Assembly (NCBI GenBank): GCA_042852035.1
Contig: BAAFHK010000002.1
Coordinates: 120,001-152,000 of the forward strand
Reading direction: 5' to 3'
Length of the DNA stretch: 32,000 nt
From: Candidatus Saccharimonadota bacterium
Lineage (GTDB): Bacteria > Patescibacteriota > Gracilibacteria > BD1-5 > UBA2023
Shown: piece after piece, positions 28,484-32,000 of the stretch
Position numbering within the stretch: position 1 is the first letter of the stretch
How the letters are laid out: the number at the start of each line of letters is the position of its first letter
Translations under genes and position numbers: made by a program
Notes under the pieces: generated by a model
The model's input: the letters and a program-made list of their open reading frames with translations, nothing else
Told to the model about the DNA's origin: nothing
The model's database searches: none

Positions 28484-31108
28484 ATGTATCTTAAGGGTAT
28501 ATTTGCTGTTGCTCGTTTTTTCTTACGCCTCCGTTACCGAGTGCGGATTGAGGGAATGAAGGAATTTGATCATCCTGGTCCAATTATTGTATTTCCGAAT
28601 CATCCAGCACTTGTTGATCCGATGATTATGATTACCGAGATTGGGAGAAAAAAAATACTTTCACCCGTAATGACCGAAACGTATATAAATACTCCGTGAC
28701 TCGGTCCAATTTTGCATGCTATGAAGACGGTTCCAGTAGGTGATCTAGCGCGATGATGAAACATTGATGATGTAGAAAAGGCTTTCGAAGGTATCCGAAA
28801 GGGAATTGAAAACAAGCAAAATATTCTCATCTATCCATCATGACATATTTATGTTCAACCATTTGAACATATTGTTGGGAAAAAAATGGCTTTTGAAATT
28901 GTTTCTCGACTCCCTGACGATGCTAAGATTATTGTGGCTCGTACGAAATGACTTTGGGGAAGCATATGGGGAAAGGCTTATACTGGAGAATCACCAAAAC
29001 TCATGAAGGTCCTCACAAAGTCTTTGTGGTATATTTTCTCTAATGGGATATTCTTTGTGCCCAAACGGGAAGTTACTATAGAGTACAAGGATATGACAGA
29101 ACAACTCCGAATGTGGAAAAAGGAGGGGTTAGATGCATTCAATCAGAATCTTCAAGACTATTATAATCATTCCTGAAATGAAGAATGTCGTTTCATTAAA
29201 CATTATTTTTACCATAATGATGTCCTAGGAAAGAAAGAGCCTGAGGCAATCGCGTGATCCATTGCTGAGCTTGAGAAAAAAACAGAGGTGAATATAGATA
29301 TTCCTGCTGAAACCCTAAAAGATATTAGGAAAAAAGTTGCCACAATAAAAAAGATTGATTTGAAAGATATAAAAGATGAGTCGAATCTTGTTCTTGAGCT
29401 CCATTGTGATTCACTTGATATGGCAGAAATCAAATCTGTAATACAGAAGGATTATCCGAATTCTTCGAACCCCCCGATTGGTTTACTTAAGACTCCTAAG
29501 GATTTAGCATATATGTCTCTCTGAGTTTCGCTCTGAGAAGAGAAGCTCCCTCGTTGCACTTTTCAGCCAAGAACTGAAACCAATATAGTCTATAAGTATA
29601 GTGAGGGGGATACGATTCTTTCTGAAGCAAAAAAGGTTTTTAAGAGTGAAAAAAATAGTCCTTTTCTCTATGATGCTATACTCTGAGAAATGACGAGAGA
29701 TGAATTTTTACTACGTTCATATGTTATATCAACCTATCTTTCTCGTATAAAAGATGACCGAATTGGTATCATGATACCAGCACTATCTTCTACTTCTTTG
29801 CTTCTTTTTTGAGTTTATCTCTCCTGAAAGCTCCCTGTTATGCTTAATTGGACGGTGTGAGAAAAGTCATTTGCGCATTGTATGAATTTTGCCGGACTTG
29901 AAGTCATACTCACGAGCAAAAAGTTTTATGAAAAAATCCAATCTCCTTGGCTTGCTGCTTTTGAATGAAAAATGGTATTTATTGAGGATATTATAAAGGA
30001 TCTATCATTTTCAATGAAAGGTATAGCTGTTATTAAAAAGTTTTTTTTCTTACTCCCAAAGAAGAGGGAGGATGCGGTAATGCTTTTTACATCATGAAGC
30101 GAATCTCTTCCTAAGGCAATTCTTCTTACTCATAAGAACATTCTTTGTGATATTGAGTGAGCTCTTGCTCTTGTTCCTTTTAAGAAAAATGAGACAATTA
30201 TTTGATTCCTCCCACCATTTCATAGTTTTGGTTTTACAATAAATACGATTTTTCCATTCGTAGCACCAGTGCAAGCTGCCTATACACCAGACCCTGGTGA
30301 TGCTCGAACTATAGGAAAGATTCTTTTACACACTCAAGCGAGTATTGTATCAGCAACTCCAACATTTCTTCGTATGATTCTTTCTGGAAATGAGGCTCAC
30401 TCACTCACTTCACTCAAATTTGCTTTTGTGTGAGCAGAGAAATGTAACGATGAAGTATTTTCTCTTTTTCGAAAGAAGTGCCCTGAAGCTATTATTCTTG
30501 AATGATATGGTATTACTGAGTGTAGTCCTATAGTGACGGTGAATCCTCTTTCAAAACAACTGAAATGATCAGCAGGAAAATTTCTTCCTACAATAATACC
30601 AATGATTCGATCACTTGATAATAAAGAGTCTCTCAAAGCATGAGAACAATGAATGATTTACATTACGGGCCCAAGTATATTCTGATGATATATTGACCCA
30701 AATTTGGAAAGTCCTTTTGATGAATTTGATTGAAAAAAATGGTATAAAACTTGAGATCTTGGTTATATAGATGAAGAATGATTTCTCTTTATTACTGGCA
30801 GACTCAAGCGGTTTGTGAAAATTGCCTGAGAAATGATATCACTTCCTTTTATCGAGGGTATTCTTCTTGAAAAATATGGAAATCCTGAGGTTACAACTCT
30901 TGCAATTGAGGCAAAAGAAGAAAATGGGAATGTCACAATTGTTGCATTCACAAATTTTGAAGAAAGTGTTGATGTAATCAATGATTACATACATACCCAT
31001 GGTGCATCAAATCTTGTAAAAATTGCAAGAGTAGAGAAGCTAAATGCTATTCCTATTCTTTGAACGGGAAAGACCGATTATAAGCAGTTAAAATCACTGA
31101 TTCAGTAG
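28484..31108 (+). CDS. Tri-domain fusion: lysophospholipid acyltransferase (PlsC-like) + acyl-carrier domain + acyl-AMP/ACP ligase (Aas-like)
   Basis: 874 aa. The acyltransferase domain has FPNHPALVDP (HX4D) and IYPS-G-HI. The carrier domain has LELHCDSLDMAEIKSVI (DSL phosphopantetheine site). The adenylation domain has [64 protein letters not shown] and L-G-TGKTDYK. TAG stop. Confidence 0.88.
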
Positions 31109-31140
31109 GCTTGTAATTCTCCACGATTACCTATAATTGA

Positions 31141-31170
31141 GGGCAATACGTAATTTACGTATTGCCCTTT
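31141..31170 (+). terminator. Perfect 12-bp hairpin + U-tract (terminator of the fusion gene or 5' attenuator of the next)
   Basis: GGGCAATACGTA-ATT-TACGTATTGCCC-TTT. A TATAAT box (31131-31136) sits just upstream. The next ATG is 17 nt downstream. Confidence 0.65.
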
Positions 31171-31186
31171 AGAATTTCATTTTTTG

Positions 31187-32000
31187 ATGCAAAACAAACC
31201 TCATAATCCTATAATCAGGAATCTTACACGTATCTCACGAGAATCATCAAAAAGTTTCGAAGATTTTTTTGATTGGAATCAGTATAAGAAAGATGATGGA
31301 CAATACTACATGCCCCCAGAATTACTCTCGATATATGGATCAGAGTTATATGAAAAACTTACTGAGAAACAACTCCGAGAGCTCACCCGAATCGAAGCCA
31401 TACAAACACTTTATCTCTATGCCTATGCAGAAAGTGTGATGTGTTACTATATGGCACGCCATCTGGTAAAATCAGACTTTTGAAGTGAAGAACATGCTTT
31501 TATCCTCAGGGAACAAATCGAAGAGTATCGGCATCAGGATATGTTTCTCCGTGCATTAGAAATCCTTGGGAAAGATTATAAACCAATGTCAAAATTCACG
31601 AAATGGTGGACAGGATTTGAGGCAATAGTACTTCCGCCAAAGATTTTCTTTCTGCTTCAAATTGCAATTGAACTTGTAACACGTGAGATTTGAAGACTTA
31701 CATTTCCAGATGAGAGAATCCACCCGCTTGTCCGAGATCTCTGTATGATTCATGAAAGGGAAGAGGCTCGACACGTTACCTTTTCTAATGCATATATAGA
31801 AAATGCCTATAAAAGAGATGGATTTTTTATGAGAACAATTGCTGGTATATGCATAGCTCTCGATATAGCGTTTCTCCACCATTTCTACGTTTACCCCTGA
31901 ATGTATAAAAAGGCCTGAATCTCCGAAGATCTCAAATATTACAAAACAGCGAAGAAATTCATTTTAAGAAGTGAAGTGAAAAATATGATGACAGGAAGTG
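31187..32000 (+). CDS. Ferritin-like diiron oxygenase (AurF / desaturase-like), 3' partial
   Basis: Open to the window end. It has two E...ExxH-type ligand motifs, LREQIEEYRHQDMF and MIHEREEARHVTF, in a helical context. This matches AurF-family / diiron-carboxylate enzymes. Confidence 0.65.

Noticed and set aside
1-32000. Reading the fragmentation as a massively pseudogenised genome, or as code 4 (UGA=Trp)
   Set aside because: The interruptions are exclusively TGA and frames stay constant across them. The interrupted positions are conserved glycines (P-loops, GG motifs, the G/F linker), not tryptophans. TAA and TAG never interrupt the conserved genes.
1-32000. tRNA, rRNA, CRISPR arrays, transposases/integrases, prophage or defence-system genes
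   Set aside because: None found. All intergenic regions are 273 nt or shorter (the longest is the rplJ upstream region, 20014-20286). Their content is accounted for by promoters, terminators or leaders. No direct-repeat/spacer periodicity or terminal inverted repeats were seen.

Overview
The window makes sense only if UGA is read as glycine (genetic code 25). This points to a Gracilibacteria (BD1-5) or Absconditabacteria (SR1) type CPR/Patescibacteria genome, AT-rich by eye. In-frame TGA falls repeatedly on invariant Gly positions, and every complete gene ends in TAA or TAG. Examples are NrdR C-x2-C-G, UvrC PGVY and DGGKGQL, TsaD GGVVPE/SGGHTE/AGGVSAN, SmpB EAGI, a kinase P-loop, PBP RGGSTITEQ and KTGTS, and the DnaJ G/F linker. 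The supplied standard-code ORF track is therefore badly fragmented and sometimes reports the wrong frame. Retranslated by hand, the window holds 27 tightly packed CDS and no rRNA, tRNA, CRISPR array or obvious mobile element. In order they are: an alpha-2-macroglobulin (5' partial), nrdR, a GNAT acetyltransferase, a PriA C-terminal remnant, an MFS-like transporter, two orphan small proteins, a zinc-finger-less J-domain protein behind a CIRCE-like operator, uvrC, tsaD, a DsbA-like oxidoreductase, an RsmB/F-type m5C methyltransferase, smpB and a small His-rich secreted peptide. Next comes a minus-strand envelope operon (class A PBP, P-loop kinase, bPH membrane protein, UPF0489 arginase-like protein), then rplJ-rplL, a DEDDh exonuclease and rlmE. 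The most interesting part is the 3' third (22964 to the window end). It encodes a thrombospondin-type-3-repeat surface protein interrupted by an A8 tract, then a 1115-aa DUF2339 membrane protein and a small PLA2-like protein. These are followed by a PlsC-ACP-AMP-ligase (Aas-like) fusion and a diiron oxygenase. I interpret this block as a candidate host-contact and lipid-scavenging/remodelling module. All coordinates and translations were derived by eye from the sequence. All homology calls rest on recognised motifs, not on database searches.
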